Assembly: GCA_963816145.1 (NCBI GenBank) | Contig: CAWFJP010000018.1 | Span: 160,001 to 224,000 of the forward strand | Direction of reading: 5' to 3' | Source: an uncultured delta proteobacterium | Lineage (GTDB): Bacteria > Desulfobacterota > Binatia > UBA9968 | DNA length: 64,000 nt | In this document: positions 11,729 through 23,031 of the stretch, piece by piece | How the letters are laid out: each line of letters begins with the position of its first letter | Numbering within the stretch: the first letter of the stretch is position 1 | Notes under the pieces: generated by a model | Database searches by the model: none | What the model saw: only the letters and a program-made list of their open reading frames with translations | What the model was told of the DNA's origin: nothing | Made by a program: the position numbers and the translations under genes

Positions 11729-12307
11729 ATGAGCGACAACCCAATTGAACGATTTCAAGAACTGTTAAACCAGGCTGATAAACTTGGTATCGAGCTGCAC
11801 AACGCCTTCGCTTTGGCCACCGCCGGCAAAGAACTCGATCCCACCGTGCGCATGGTGTTGTTGAAGGATGTCGATGAGCGCGGCTTGGTCTTCTACACCA
11901 ATCTGCGAAGCCATAAAGCTAGTCAATTGATCGATAACCCGTGCGCCTCGGCCTGTTTCTGGTGGCCGCAGCTAAAGCGCCAAGTGCGCATCGAAGGCCG
12001 GGTGGAACTCGTCAGCGACCAGGAAGCCGACGAGTACTTCGCCAGCCGACCGCGCGGCAGCCAAATCGGCGCTTGGGCCTCGCCACAGAGCAGCGAGCTG
12101 GCGTCGCGCCAACAACTTCTTGACGCTGTAGCGGCAATGACGAAGAGGTTTAAAGACCAACCAGTACCACGGCCGCCGTCTTGGTCCGGCTACCGGCTCG
12201 TGCCCGAGCGCATCGAGTTCTGGAAAGAACAGCCGGATCGTCTACACGAGCGCGAAGTCTACACGCGCCAAACCGACGGTTGGAATTTTAGTCTACTGGC
12301 ACCCTAG
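11729..12307 (+). CDS. pdxH: Pyridoxine/pyridoxamine 5'-phosphate oxidase
   Basis: RMVLLK, FYTN..S.K, YFASRPRGSQIGAWASPQS, RPPSWSGY and EFW...DRLHER motifs; the upstream ATG at 11684 lies inside a repeat. Confidence 0.95.
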   Translation: MSDNPIERFQELLNQADKLGIELHNAFALATAGKELDPTVRMVLLKDVDERGLVFYTNLRSHKASQLIDNPCASACFWWPQLKRQVRIEGRVELVSDQEADEYFASRPRGSQIGAWASPQSSELASRQQLLDAVAAMTKRFKDQPVPRPPSWSGYRLVPERIEFWKEQPDRLHEREVYTRQTDGWNFSLLAP

Positions 12308-12382
12308 CCCGCGGATTTGGCTGAAGCTCGATAGCCAATTCTCGTCGTTGAGTTTCCCCAAGTGAAAGGCTAAAGTCGCGCC

Positions 12383-13678
12383 ATGAATTTGCCGCACCTT
12401 GAATCGTCTCTCAATCGGCTGCTGACGACAACGTCGCGAACGACCGCGGCGATTCTCGACCGCGCGCTTTCCGGGCAGGATCTAAGCGTCGACGAAGCGA
12501 CCACGCTCTTCGAGGCCGAGGGCGCCGATCTGTTGGCGATGCTCGCCGCCGCCGACCAACTGCGCGCCCAAACCGTCGGCGATGTGGTCAGCTACGTAAT
12601 CAATCGCAATATTAACTTTACCAACGTTTGCGTTAAGCAATGCGGCTTTTGCGCCTTCAGCCGCGGCCATCTCGCCGAAGAAGGTTACTTTCTACCCATC
12701 GAAGAGATCATCCGGCGCGCTACCGAAGCGCGCGATCTCGGCGCCAGCGAAGTATGCATCCAAGCGGGACTCGCTCCCGGCATGGATGGCTGGCATTACG
12801 TCAAACTTTGCCGCGCCGTCAAAGAAGCGCTGCCGGAACTGCATATTCATGGATTTTCTCCCGAGGAAGTGCTTTACGGTTCAACACTCACCGGCGTCAG
12901 CATTCGCGACTATCTTTTGGCGCTGAAAGATGCCGGCGTCGGCAGCTTGCCGGGGACTTCGGCGGAAATTTTCGTCGACGAAGTGCGCCAGCGCATCTCG
13001 CCGGGGCGGATCAGCATTGACAACTGGATCGACGTGATTCAAACCGCCCACGAAGTCGGCATCCCGACCACCTCGACGATCATGTACGGCCATATCGAAA
13101 GCGCGCGCCATCGCGCCATCCATCTGAGGGTCCTGCGCGACGTCCAGAAGCGCACCGGCGGCATCACCGAGTTCGTGCCGTTGAGCTTCGTCTTCGAAGA
13201 AGCGCCGATGTCGCACCGCAAGGCTCTGCCCGAACTGCGCCACGGCGCCAGCGGCGCGGAAGTCATGAAGATGTACGCGGTGTCACGGTTGATGCTCAAC
13301 AACTGGATCCCCAACTTGCAGGTCTCCTGGGTCAAGGAAGGACCGAAGCTATCGCAGATCGCTCTATTGGCCGGCGCCAACGATTTCGGCGGCACGCTGA
13401 TCAATGAAAGCATATCCACCGCGGCCGGCGCCGGCTACGGCCAGCTGATGAAGCCGTCGGAGTTCCGCAGCTTGATCCGGCAAATGAGCCGCATCCCGGC
13501 GGAGCGTTCGACCACCTATAAAAAGGTCCGCGTGTTCGAGTCCGAGGACAACCACCGCGACCTGCTCGACGAGATTAACGACCCTTCACAACGCTTCGGC
13601 TCCTATCAAAATCTAATTCACCTCAAAGATTATCGCTTCCGTGACTTTTACAAGGAACAGCGCGATCTAAAGCAGTAG
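12383..13678 (+). CDS. cofH: FO synthase subunit CofH (radical SAM, F420 biosynthesis)
   Basis: NRNINFTNVCVKQCGFCAF (CxxxCxxC), PGTSAEI, TIMYGHIE, QVSWVKEG and GANDFGGTLINESIS motifs. Confidence 0.85.
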   Translation: MNLPHLESSLNRLLTTTSRTTAAILDRALSGQDLSVDEATTLFEAEGADLLAMLAAADQLRAQTVGDVVSYVINRNINFTNVCVKQCGFCAFSRGHLAEEGYFLPIEEIIRRATEARDLGASEVCIQAGLAPGMDGWHYVKLCRAVKEALPELHIHGFSPEEVLYGSTLTGVSIRDYLLALKDAGVGSLPGTSAEIFVDEVRQRISPGRISIDNWIDVIQTAHEVGIPTTSTIMYGHIESARHRAIHLRVLRDVQKRTGGITEFVPLSFVFEEAPMSHRKALPELRHGASGAEVMKMYAVSRLMLNNWIPNLQVSWVKEGPKLSQIALLAGANDFGGTLINESISTAAGAGYGQLMKPSEFRSLIRQMSRIPAERSTTYKKVRVFESEDNHRDLLDEINDPSQRFGSYQNLIHLKDYRFRDFYKEQRDLKQ

Positions 13679-13718
13679 GTTCGCGGCTCTCCGGCCAGTC
13701 GACGACGACTCCTAAGAA

Positions 13719-14351
13719 ATGATCGGCGAACCAAGTCAGTTCGAAGCCATCGGCAATCGCCTTGGCTTCAGCATTGTCGAAGACTCCCCGGAGCGGCTGC
13801 GTTTGGGCTGGCAAGGAGCGCGCTTCCCGGCCTTTCTCTGTGTCGGCATCGCTGTCTTGCTGCTATTCGTCAGCGTGCCGATCCTGCAAGCGCTTTCGTT
13901 GCGCGGTTTTACCGGCCCCGCCGGTTCCCTGTGGTACTTCCCGGTGATGAATCTCGTGCTCTTTGGGATTGCTATTTTTTTGGTCACCCAGCGGCGCACC
14001 ATTGAATTCGACAGCAAGACAAAATCTTTCGAGCTCTGCCGCCGCAGTCTCTACCGCAAGACCACACTGACGGCGTCTTTTAGCGAGATTGAAAAAATCA
14101 CCCTGGGCATCGACCAAGTCTTCAGCGGCTTTGCCATTGGCGGCTCCACTGCCGCGCAAAGCTTTCCGGTGCCGGCGTTAAGAGTACATTTCAGCGACGA
14201 CCAAGCCGCGCTCCTCGATCGCGGCAGTTTGCGCAGACTGGAGGACGCGGGCAAAAAGATCGCCGCAAGAATCGGCAAGACGCTAGAGATCGCGACCGAA
14301 CTGGCGGACGGCGATCCAAATTTGAAACCGAAGGTAAGGCAGCAAAACTGA
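13719..14351 (+). CDS. Hypothetical membrane protein (2 TM)
   Basis: 210-aa ORF with two hydrophobic segments; fills the intergenic gap. Confidence 0.7.
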   Translation: MIGEPSQFEAIGNRLGFSIVEDSPERLRLGWQGARFPAFLCVGIAVLLLFVSVPILQALSLRGFTGPAGSLWYFPVMNLVLFGIAIFLVTQRRTIEFDSKTKSFELCRRSLYRKTTLTASFSEIEKITLGIDQVFSGFAIGGSTAAQSFPVPALRVHFSDDQAALLDRGSLRRLEDAGKKIAARIGKTLEIATELADGDPNLKPKVRQQN

Positions 14352-14421
14352 CGAGACCTTTAGGTCAGAGCTGATTTCGGAAAGAGCCATCGTAGGATCT
14401 GGATGGCGGCTTTTCTAGGTT

Positions 14422-14448
14422 TGTCATTTCGAGCGGAGCGAGAAATCT
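14422..14448. repeat. TGTCATTTCGAGCG.AGCGAGAAATC repeat, copy 1
   Basis: Near-identical to 29659-29685. Confidence 0.7.
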
Positions 14449-14536
14449 CTTCGCTGCACTGCCGCGGGATTGGCATGAATCTCAACCGCGGCCGAATGAT
14501 TCACCCTAACCCAGCAATTAAAACGACTCCCAAGGA

Positions 14537-15214
14537 TCAGGAGGCCGGTCGCCGCGCCAGAACGTCGTGCAACTGGCCGATGGCTTTTTTGACCCCTTCC
14601 TGGGCCAATTGATCTGCGCTCAGCCAGCGCACGCCGCGCGCGCCGATATCGCCGAGCGAGAAGATGCTTTCACTGAGCGATTTCTGGGTTTCGTCGAAGC
14701 GCGCCGTCCAAACGATATCGCCGCGCCGGACATCGACCAGGTCGAGGATAAACGCCACCGACGCCGGACTCTTGGCGCCCCACTCGTCGCCAACCCGTTC
14801 GCGAAAGCGTTGCAGCCGGCTCATCATCACCGCATCGGCGTAGACCATCTCACCGACACGCTTGAGCCTAACTTCTTCGCTGCCCGGCGGCACGTTCAGG
14901 AGGGCCTCGCGCACTTCGCTCTCGGAAACCACTTGCCAATCGGGCAGCGCGACCATCGAGGCGTGGACAAAATGCGCCAGCGACTCGGCCGCTTCCTTTT
15001 CCGAAGTCCGCGGCGTCGGCACCGTGCTGAACGGCACACTCGGCACCGGAGCGGCCACGGACACCGGCGGCGGCAATACGGCGATTCGGCGAATCCGCCG
15101 ACCCTCCAAATCGGTCGACTGTTTACTCTGCAAAGTTGCCGGCGCAAAACCGCACGCGGAAAATATCGACAACAAAAGAAATGCTATCCCAATCGGCTTT
15201 AACATAATTGGCAT
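14537..15214 (-). CDS. Putative lipoprotein
   Basis: Signal peptide with lipobox FSAC; RIAVLPP; alpha/beta-like body. Confidence 0.7.
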   Translation of the reverse strand: MPIMLKPIGIAFLLLSIFSACGFAPATLQSKQSTDLEGRRIRRIAVLPPPVSVAAPVPSVPFSTVPTPRTSEKEAAESLAHFVHASMVALPDWQVVSESEVREALLNVPPGSEEVRLKRVGEMVYADAVMMSRLQRFRERVGDEWGAKSPASVAFILDLVDVRRGDIVWTARFDETQKSLSESIFSLGDIGARGVRWLSADQLAQEGVKKAIGQLHDVLARRPAS

Positions 15215-15293
15215 TGAAACTATCAGAAGCACCGCGCCGGCTCAAGAAAAACTTGTGCCGCCGCAGCTGACTGCCGGGGACGGCACAAGTAAA

Positions 15294-17096
15294 TTACTTC
15301 TCGGCGCCGATTACCCGTATGCCCAACTCGCGCAGCTGGCGCGGCGAGACCTCAGCGGGCGCTTCGGTCAGCATGCAAACCGCCCGCTGGCTTTTGGGGA
15401 ATGCTATGACATCGCGCAGCGACTTGGCGCCACTCAAAAGCATCGCCAAGCGATCGATACCGAAGGCGATGCCGCCATGGGGCGGCGCGCCGAAACTCAA
15501 CGCTTCGAGAAAAAAGCCGAACTTGGCCTGCGCTTCCTCCGCGTCGATGCCCATGAGGCCGAGAATTTTCTTTTGCAGATCGACCTGATGGATACGGATG
15601 CTGCCGCCGCCGACCTCCATGCCGTTCATGGCCAAATCGTAGGCCTTGGAGCGCGATTTGGCCGGCTCACTGTCGAGCAGGTGCAGGTCTTCGTCGAGCG
15701 GCGCGGTGAATGGATGATGCAAGGCAACGTAGCGTTTTTCTTCCGGATCGAAGTCCATCAAGGGAAAGTCGACGACCCACACCAGAGCGTAGTCTTTTTC
15801 CGGGATCAGACCGAGTTTTTCGCCCAAGTGAAGTCGCAGATTGCCCAGCGAGTCGTGGACGATCTTGGCGCTGTCGGCGGAAAACAGCACGACATCGCCG
15901 ACCTGTGCTTGTGAAATCCGCTCGACTTCCTTTTGCTCCGCTTCGGACAAGAATTTGGCGATCGGTGACTGCCAACCCTCGGCGGTAATTTTCGTCCAGG
16001 CAACTCCCCTGGCACCGAAGGTCGCGACGAACGGCGTCATGTCGTCCAAATCCTTGCGCGACAGGGCGCCGCCGTTGGGAATGCGAATGCCTTTGACCAC
16101 ACCGCCCTTTTGAATCGCCGCGGTGAAGACCTTGGCCTGGCAGTTCCGCAGTATGTCGGTAAAATCGCACAACTCCAAACCAAAGCGCATATCCGGTTTG
16201 TCCGAGCCGAAGCGATTCATCGCCTGTTCGTAGGTCAATTTAGCGAACGGCCGCTTGAGCTCGATGCCCTTCAGTTCCTTAAATAATAACGCGATCATGC
16301 CCTCGACCAACGCCATGACATCTTCGGGCTGCACGAAGGAAAGCTCCATATCGAGCTGGGTGAACTCGGGCTGGCGATCGGCGCGCAGATCTTCGTCGCG
16401 AAAACATTTGACGATCTGAAAATAACGGTCGAGGCCGCCGACCATCAAAATTTGCTTGAACAGCTGCGGCGACTGCGGCAGAGCGTAGAATTTGCCGTGG
16501 TAGATCCGGCTCGGCACCAGATAGTCTCGCGCCCCCTCGGGCGTGCTCTTGGTCAGCACCGGCGTCTCGACGTCGATGAAGCCCAAGCCGTCGAGATAGT
16601 CGCGGATCAACTTGGTCATGCGGTAGCGCAATAGCAGCGGCTTCAGACTCTGCGGGCGGCGCAGATCCAGGTAGCGATATTTGAGCCGGGTGTTCTCGTT
16701 GGCGTCGGTCTCGTCGTCGATAACAAACGGCGGCACCTGCGAGGCGTTGAGCAAACGCAAGCCGCGGCTCTTTAATTCCACTTCGCCAGTGGGCAAATCT
16801 GGATTGATGGTTTCCGGCGAGCGCTTGGCGAGTATGCCGCGCACGGCGATGACATCTTCGGAGCGAATCTGTTTCGCCTTCTCATGGGAAGCCGCGTCCC
16901 CTTCGGGGTTGAAAACGATCTGACAAAGGCCGCTACGGTCGCGCAGATCGACGAAGATCACCCCGCCGTGATCGCGCCGGCTGTGCACCCAACCGACCAA
17001 GGTCAATTCCTGCTCCACCGATGCCGCGCGCGGCTCACCGCAATAACAACTGCGCTTCCAATCGCCCAACTGATCGTTAAAGACTCGCTCCGCCAT
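15294..17096 (-). CDS. aspS: Aspartate--tRNA ligase (likely non-discriminating Asp/Asn)
   Basis: [51 protein letters not shown] and [12 protein letters not shown] motifs. Confidence 0.98.
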   Translation of the reverse strand: MAERVFNDQLGDWKRSCYCGEPRAASVEQELTLVGWVHSRRDHGGVIFVDLRDRSGLCQIVFNPEGDAASHEKAKQIRSEDVIAVRGILAKRSPETINPDLPTGEVELKSRGLRLLNASQVPPFVIDDETDANENTRLKYRYLDLRRPQSLKPLLLRYRMTKLIRDYLDGLGFIDVETPVLTKSTPEGARDYLVPSRIYHGKFYALPQSPQLFKQILMVGGLDRYFQIVKCFRDEDLRADRQPEFTQLDMELSFVQPEDVMALVEGMIALLFKELKGIELKRPFAKLTYEQAMNRFGSDKPDMRFGLELCDFTDILRNCQAKVFTAAIQKGGVVKGIRIPNGGALSRKDLDDMTPFVATFGARGVAWTKITAEGWQSPIAKFLSEAEQKEVERISQAQVGDVVLFSADSAKIVHDSLGNLRLHLGEKLGLIPEKDYALVWVVDFPLMDFDPEEKRYVALHHPFTAPLDEDLHLLDSEPAKSRSKAYDLAMNGMEVGGGSIRIHQVDLQKKILGLMGIDAEEAQAKFGFFLEALSFGAPPHGGIAFGIDRLAMLLSGAKSLRDVIAFPKSQRAVCMLTEAPAEVSPRQLRELGIRVIGAEK

Positions 17097-18379
17097 TAAT
17101 TTGCCTTCCTCGCCATCAATGCCGCTTCCAGATTGTCTAACGGAATTTCCTGTTGCTCTTTGCTGCTCATATCACGCAGCACCGCGCGCCCCTTGCCGAG
17201 CTCGTCGTCGCCCAGGATCACCACCGAATGGGCCTTGAGCTTGTCGGCCCGGCGCATTTGGCTTTTGAGACTGCGTGACTCGGCATCGATTTCGACGCCG
17301 ATACCCTGCCGTCGCAATCGATGCACCACGGGAAAAGCCCAATCGCGCGATTTGGCACCGATCCAAGCAAAATAGACAGCGGGACCGCCGGTGTCGCCCC
17401 GCTTTTGCAAGCGCAGCAACATGGTCAACCGCTCGACGCCTATGGCGAAGCCGACACCAGGAATCGGCGGCCCGCCGAGCTGCTGCACCAGGCCGTCGTA
17501 ACGCCCTCCCGCCGCCACTGCGCTCTGGGAGCCGAGCATCTTAGTGGTCCACTCGAAGGTGGTGCGGCAGTAGTAATCCAGACCGCGCACCATGCGCGGG
17601 TTGATGGTGTAATTCACATGGGTCTCAACCAGCAACCGTTGCACCGTATCGAAGTGCTCGCGGCAGGCTGCGCACAGGCTATCCACGATGGATGGCGCAT
17701 CTTTGGTTGCGTCTATGCAGCCCGGCTCTTTGCAGTCCAAGGCACGCAGCGGATTGCGATCGATGCGCCGTTGGCAGTTGCCGCAGAGCGCCGCCTCCCG
17801 CTCCTTCAAGAACGCCAGCAAGCGAGCGCGGTACTGCGGCCGGCAGTCAGCGCAACCGAGCGAATTAATCTGCAAGGCCGGCTCGGTCAAGCCCAGCGCC
17901 TGGAAAAAATCATGCAGCAGCAAAAGAATCTCGGCGTCGATGTAGGGGTCGCCCCGGCCTAGTGCCTCGGCGCCGATCTGATGGAACTGGCGCATGCGCC
18001 CCTTTTGCGGCCGCTCGCGGCGAAACATCGGTCCCAGGTAATAGAGCTTGCGCACCGGCTCGACCTTGTACATTTCGGCTTCGACATAGGCGCGCACCAC
18101 GCCGGCGGTGCCTTCCGGGCGTAAAGTCAGCTTGGTGCCCTCCGCGTTCTCTCCAGCGCGCGCGTCGCGATCTTCAAAGGTATACATCTCCTTCTCGACA
18201 ATATCCGTCGTCTCGCCGATCGAACGGCTGAACAATTCGGTCTTCTCGACGATCGGAATGCGAATCTCGGCGAAGTTATAGGCGCTAAACACCTGGCGCG
18301 CCTGGGCTTCGACCCACTGCCAGGTTTCCACCTCGCCGGGGAGAACATCGGCAAAGCCTTTTATGCTGGTGATTTTCAT
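17096..18379 (-). CDS. hisS: Histidine--tRNA ligase
   Basis: [35 protein letters not shown] and GGRYDGL motifs. Confidence 0.98.
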   Translation of the reverse strand: MKITSIKGFADVLPGEVETWQWVEAQARQVFSAYNFAEIRIPIVEKTELFSRSIGETTDIVEKEMYTFEDRDARAGENAEGTKLTLRPEGTAGVVRAYVEAEMYKVEPVRKLYYLGPMFRRERPQKGRMRQFHQIGAEALGRGDPYIDAEILLLLHDFFQALGLTEPALQINSLGCADCRPQYRARLLAFLKEREAALCGNCQRRIDRNPLRALDCKEPGCIDATKDAPSIVDSLCAACREHFDTVQRLLVETHVNYTINPRMVRGLDYYCRTTFEWTTKMLGSQSAVAAGGRYDGLVQQLGGPPIPGVGFAIGVERLTMLLRLQKRGDTGGPAVYFAWIGAKSRDWAFPVVHRLRRQGIGVEIDAESRSLKSQMRRADKLKAHSVVILGDDELGKGRAVLRDMSSKEQQEIPLDNLEAALMARKAN

Positions 18380-18462
18380 AAGCGAATTTTCGGCGTCCCC
18401 ACAAGACACCATAAGAGCTGGGCGAGTTCAAGTTAGCGCGCCCCGCACCGTCGCACGGCAGC

Positions 18463-19185
18463 CTAGCTACGGGCATCGTAACGGTAAATCCGCGTGCGCC
18501 GGGTGGTGCCGTGCAACTGGCTGAAAAGAAATCCGCGAAAGGTCATGAAATAAGCGAGCAATAGGCCAATCATGAAAGCGGACGCGAATAGCCGGACAAA
18601 CGTCGGCAGACCGAACAGCAACGAATCAAAGAAATCCAAAAACAAATAACCGGCGGCGAAAAGGATCAGGTTGGGCACCAGCCACTCGATCCAGTTCTCG
18701 ACGATAAAATTGTAGCTCGCGCCGATCAGCTCCAATCCCGAAACGCGCCCTTGATAAATCATTTCGGGGACAGCATTGAGCAGCAGGAACAAGCCCAAGC
18801 GCAGCAAGAGGTAAATAAGCGCGCCGTTGGGCACGCCGGCCAGGCCATTGGCCGCCGCCCACATGGGCAGCCAGAGAATAAAGAAAAACGTCAGCAGTTC
18901 ACCCAGATAGGCCGTGAAGCCATTGAGAAAATCGTTGCTATCGGTCTTGCCGCTCTCGACCAAGTTCTTTACCAGATAAAGCCCCGAGCTGGCGCAAGCC
19001 GAGCTGACCAACGAATAGACCAGGCCGCCGATCATGCCGAGCGGACCAACGACGATGCCAGTCACGGTTAGGATGATTCCATAAATGACCGGTGCGAAGC
19101 TGACGACCCAGTTCTTGCGCAGGCAGTCCCAGGACTTGCTGAGCGACGTGGCATACAACCAAAGGGTTACTTGGAGAATTTTCAT
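18463..19185 (-). CDS. Hypothetical integral membrane protein
   Basis: 240-aa multi-TM ORF co-oriented with hisS. Confidence 0.8.
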   Translation of the reverse strand: MKILQVTLWLYATSLSKSWDCLRKNWVVSFAPVIYGIILTVTGIVVGPLGMIGGLVYSLVSSACASSGLYLVKNLVESGKTDSNDFLNGFTAYLGELLTFFFILWLPMWAAANGLAGVPNGALIYLLLRLGLFLLLNAVPEMIYQGRVSGLELIGASYNFIVENWIEWLVPNLILFAAGYLFLDFFDSLLFGLPTFVRLFASAFMIGLLLAYFMTFRGFLFSQLHGTTRRTRIYRYDARS

Positions 19186-19270
19186 GGCGTCCAGTTATAG
19201 CAGAAAAAGTTTGCCGATTCAGAGCCCGCGGCGATAAGGTTTCTTCGCTCGCGAGGGGATCGACCTGGAA

Positions 19271-20056
19271 ATGATTCCCATCGACGGCGGCACGGCAAAC
19301 ATGGTCGTGGCGCTCACCAAGGGCGTGGTCGCTATCTCCCGTAGCACCACACCTTACCTGATCCAGGACATGCTCAGAGGCTCCGACAACCTGGCGATCC
19401 TTGGCAAATCCGCGACGCCGATCTGCAGCTTGATCGCCAAACCGGAAATCAAAAGCTTTGGCGATCTCAAGGGCAAGACCATCGGATTAGACCTCGCTGT
19501 CGACACAATTGCGATTTCGACGCGCAAGCTCATGCCGCTCAACGGCATCAAGGAAGCTTATTTCAAGGTCAAATAGTTGGTCGGCATGGCGGCCCGGGCC
19601 GACTGCTTGAGAAAAGGCGAATGCGATGCCGTGCCGCTCGGTCAGCCCGAAGATTTTCTCCTAATGAAACAAGGCTACCATCGCCTCGGCGTTTCCACTG
19701 ATGCGATGAAAGATTTTCAGTTTATCGTCAGCGCGGTACGCCGCTCCTGGGTCGAGAAGAATAAAGACGCGCTCATCCGCTACGTCCGCGCGCTGGCCTC
19801 AGTCTTTCGCTTCATGCGCGATCCCGCCGGCCGTGACGAAGTCGTCCGCATGGTCGTCGACACTACCGGCTCGTCGGAGGAGATCGCGCGCCAGACCTTG
19901 GCGCTTTACTTCGATCCGGACCGCGGGGTAACAGCCAAACAAGGCGAGATCGATGTCAAAGGCTTCGCCCCGGTCATTCAGGTGACGGCGGAAGCCGGCG
20001 AACTGGCGCCGCTCCTGCCTCAAGAGCGGAGCGTTTTATCGACTTGCAGTACTTAA
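19271..20056 (+). pseudogene. Degenerate NMT1/TauA-like ABC substrate-binding protein
   Basis: PEIKSFGDLKGKTIG motif; no signal peptide or N-terminus; in-frame TAG at 19574-19576; ragged C-terminus. Confidence 0.7.
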
Positions 20057-20088
20057 AGGCGGCAAGATCGCAGTGAGCGATTGGCAGG

Positions 20089-20373
20089 TCAGCAGGAATA
20101 GATCTGGACATCGTTTTCCTCGATGCGCTTGCCGCGGGTAATCAGCTTGACGATGCTGCAAACGTTGCGGCTGACATCGGCAAGATTGGCGACCGGGAAG
20201 CCGTCGTTCAAGTAGCGGCCGATAAACTTTTCCGCACCGAGGTCGACGATTTGCAAATAATCGTTGCTAGCGTCGATATACTGCTTCATCCCCGGCGCCG
20301 GGCTATCCAAGTCTTCCTGCAGCGCCCTGGTGATCTTGATCCCGACAAACAGGCGCTTGGCTGCTTCATCCAT
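20089..20373 (-). CDS. Hypothetical protein
   Basis: AAGGAG RBS upstream of ATG; 94 aa. Confidence 0.75.
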   Translation of the reverse strand: MDEAAKRLFVGIKITRALQEDLDSPAPGMKQYIDASNDYLQIVDLGAEKFIGRYLNDGFPVANLADVSRNVCSIVKLITRGKRIEENDVQIYSC

Positions 20374-20516
20374 CCGAAAATTCTCCTTACTACCGGGTTT
20401 TAACTTCCTAATGATAAATTAACTTCACACTGAGTAAAAGCCAAAATAGTCCTCGAACCGTACCTCTAGATAGCGTGTTACGACGCCCAGCGGCATGGCA
20501 ATTTTGACATTGCCAG

Positions 20517-21839
20517 CTAGGCAAACACGAGTTTGCCGTCCTTATCACGGATCAATCCAGCGCCGTTGCGCGATGACGGCATATTGTCTGCGCCTATCTT
20601 GAGATCGTTAACATGGACATGGCCATGAAACGTATCGACTTCAAGCATTGGTTTCACTTCGCGCCAGACCGCCTTGGGATCGCGGCCCTCGGCAACGTCG
20701 GCCATCGCCTTATGCCAGATGCGCCGGAGCATGATCACGCCGCGGTCCGAGGTCGCCAGATGCTCCCGGCGGCGATCGGGGATCTCTCCTTGCGATTCCT
20801 GCAACACCAAGTCTTCGAGCGCGGGAATGCCCTCCCAACCTTTATAGCGCCGCTTGTCGTAGGGCCTCTCTTCGGCCGTGCCCTTGAGATCCTTGGGCAA
20901 ACCGAACAGCCAGCCGCCGGTAAAATTGCCCTTGCGCGTCAGACTGTAGCGAATCAGCTCGAAGTGGGTATCGTCGATGATCCGAATCATGCCGCCGCCC
21001 TCTTGGCGCTCGTCGGTGAAGTCGGGCGGAAAACCCGAACGGATGCCGGAAAAGCGCCAGTGCACCGGCACCACCAGGCTCCAGGTATTGACGAACTTGA
21101 CCTGCGGCTCGCCGGTGTCGAGCACCGCGACGGTCTTCATGCCGAATTCGGTTTCGATATGCTCCAGCGGCAGCGGCGACCAATTTTTAATGCTGTAGTC
21201 GTTATAAGGCTTCAGCTCATCCGGAATGTCGCGAACGACTAAACCATGGAGGACGGTCGCATGGCCCATGTCGGCGAAATTTTCCATCCAGTTGAGATAG
21301 TTATAATTCCGGATATCGCCATCGGCGAGCTTGACGACCCCGTCGTCGCGCGCCAGCACGTCGATCTTCGGCAGCGGCGGCGGATTTTCTTTTTCCGGTC
21401 CCATGTAGGTCCAAATCACGCCGCCCCACTCTTCGACCGGATACCAGAGGTGGCGGATATTATCTTTGACTTTGCTATCGCAAGGCTCGAGCGGGGTATC
21501 GATGCAGCGTCCCTGGGTGTCATATTTCCAGCCGTGGTAAGAACACATCAGGCCGTCGTCGCACACTTGGCCATATTCCAGCGAAGCCAAACGATGGGGA
21601 CACCGGATGCCCAAAAGGCCAGGTCTGCCTTTACCATCGCGAAACACCACGAGTTCCTCGCTCAGCATGCGCACCGCTATGGGAATGTCTTTCAGGTTGG
21701 TCGACAAACAGACCGGGTGCCAATAACGCCGCAACATCTCACCGCCTCGGGTGCCCGGCCCAGTGCGCGGCAATTCGTCGAGCAATTGCTGGTAGGAACT
21801 CGGCGCCGTGGTACCGCGATCATTCCTGCTATCCGCCAT
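20517..21839 (-). CDS. Rieske non-heme iron oxygenase alpha subunit (phthalate 4,5-dioxygenase-like)
   Basis: GPGT.GGEMLRRYWHP; Rieske CPHR...CSYHGW; mononuclear iron ENFADMGHATVLH; EHLATSDRGV. Confidence 0.92.
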   Translation of the reverse strand: MADSRNDRGTTAPSSYQQLLDELPRTGPGTRGGEMLRRYWHPVCLSTNLKDIPIAVRMLSEELVVFRDGKGRPGLLGIRCPHRLASLEYGQVCDDGLMCSYHGWKYDTQGRCIDTPLEPCDSKVKDNIRHLWYPVEEWGGVIWTYMGPEKENPPPLPKIDVLARDDGVVKLADGDIRNYNYLNWMENFADMGHATVLHGLVVRDIPDELKPYNDYSIKNWSPLPLEHIETEFGMKTVAVLDTGEPQVKFVNTWSLVVPVHWRFSGIRSGFPPDFTDERQEGGGMIRIIDDTHFELIRYSLTRKGNFTGGWLFGLPKDLKGTAEERPYDKRRYKGWEGIPALEDLVLQESQGEIPDRRREHLATSDRGVIMLRRIWHKAMADVAEGRDPKAVWREVKPMLEVDTFHGHVHVNDLKIGADNMPSSRNGAGLIRDKDGKLVFA

Positions 21840-21978
21840 TTTCGCCCCCTTCGCCGTGCCTAAATCTTGCGTTTGGTTCGAAAGAAAATCTATAAACACA
21901 GATCATTTGCTGTCAACAATTACCTGAGTGTATTAAGTTCACCGAATAGACTCAATCCGATCGTAAGGAAAGACCCGG

Positions 21979-22995
21979 ATGATCCAAGCGACCAAATCAT
22001 CGATCAATACGCTGCTGCTCATCTTGCTGTTAACCACCCAGGCCAATGCCGGCCCCACCGCGGATAGCGCGCTCAAGAAGGGCTTCATTCAGTGCGGCGT
22101 GAACACTGGTCTGGCCGGTTTCGCCCAACCCGATAGCGCCGGCCAGTGGCGCGGCATCGACGTCGACTTCTGTCGAGCCGTCGCCGCAGCTCTCTTCGGC
22201 GAGACCAAGAAAAATCGCTACACCCCGCTTACGGCCCAGCAGCGCTTCACCGCCTTACAATCCGGCGAAGTCGACATCCTGTCGCGCAACACCACCTGGA
22301 CCTTCGCCCGCGACGCCGGCCTCGGTCTTAATTTCGTCGGGGTGAACTTTTACGACGGCCAGGGCTTCATGGTGACGAAAAAACGCCACGTGAAGAGCGC
22401 CAAGCAACTGGACGGCGCCGCCATTTGTGTCCAGCCAGGGACCACGACCGAGCTCAACCTAGCTGATTACTTTCGCGCCAACAACATGAAGTTCAAACCG
22501 GTGGTCATCGAAAAACTAGAAGAAGTATTAAATGCCTACTTCGCCGGCCGCTGCGATGTCTACACCACCGATGTTTCAGGGTTGATCGCCGCGCGCGCCT
22601 CCCGGGCAGCGAACTCGGGAGATCATATTATCTTACCCGAAGTTATCTCCAAAGAACCCTTTGGCCCGGTGGTGCGCCATGGCGACGACCATTGGTTCGA
22701 CATCGTCCGGTGGACCCTGTTCGCCATGATCGAAGCCGAAGAGCTGGGAATCACCTCGAAGAATATCGACCAGCAAGCGCAAAGCAGCAACCCGGTAATC
22801 CAACGCTTTCTTGGGACTAAAGGCGACTTCGGCAAGATGCTCAAACTGGACAACCGCTGGGCTTTCAATATTATCAAACAGGTCGGCAACTACGGCGAAA
22901 GTTTCGACCGCAATCTAACCCCGTTGGGTCTCGACCGCGGCATGAACCGGCTATGGAACAAAGGCGGCCTCATGTACGCGCCGCCGCTGCGTTAG
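21979..22995 (+). CDS. aapJ: General L-amino acid ABC transporter substrate-binding protein
   Basis: CGVNTGLAGF, RFTALQSGEVDILSRNTTWT, SKEPFGP, QVGNYGE and GLMYAPPLR motifs. Confidence 0.93.
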   Translation: MIQATKSSINTLLLILLLTTQANAGPTADSALKKGFIQCGVNTGLAGFAQPDSAGQWRGIDVDFCRAVAAALFGETKKNRYTPLTAQQRFTALQSGEVDILSRNTTWTFARDAGLGLNFVGVNFYDGQGFMVTKKRHVKSAKQLDGAAICVQPGTTTELNLADYFRANNMKFKPVVIEKLEEVLNAYFAGRCDVYTTDVSGLIAARASRAANSGDHIILPEVISKEPFGPVVRHGDDHWFDIVRWTLFAMIEAEELGITSKNIDQQAQSSNPVIQRFLGTKGDFGKMLKLDNRWAFNIIKQVGNYGESFDRNLTPLGLDRGMNRLWNKGGLMYAPPLR

Positions 22996-23031
22996 ACTCA
23001 GTGAGCGCCACTGAGAAATCCGCAATTCCCG

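Noticed and set aside
19574-19576. In-frame TAG as possible pyrrolysine or readthrough codon
   Set aside because: The gene also lacks its N-terminus and has a ragged end; a GAG-to-TAG nonsense change in a pseudogene is simpler, and no pyl genes are seen.
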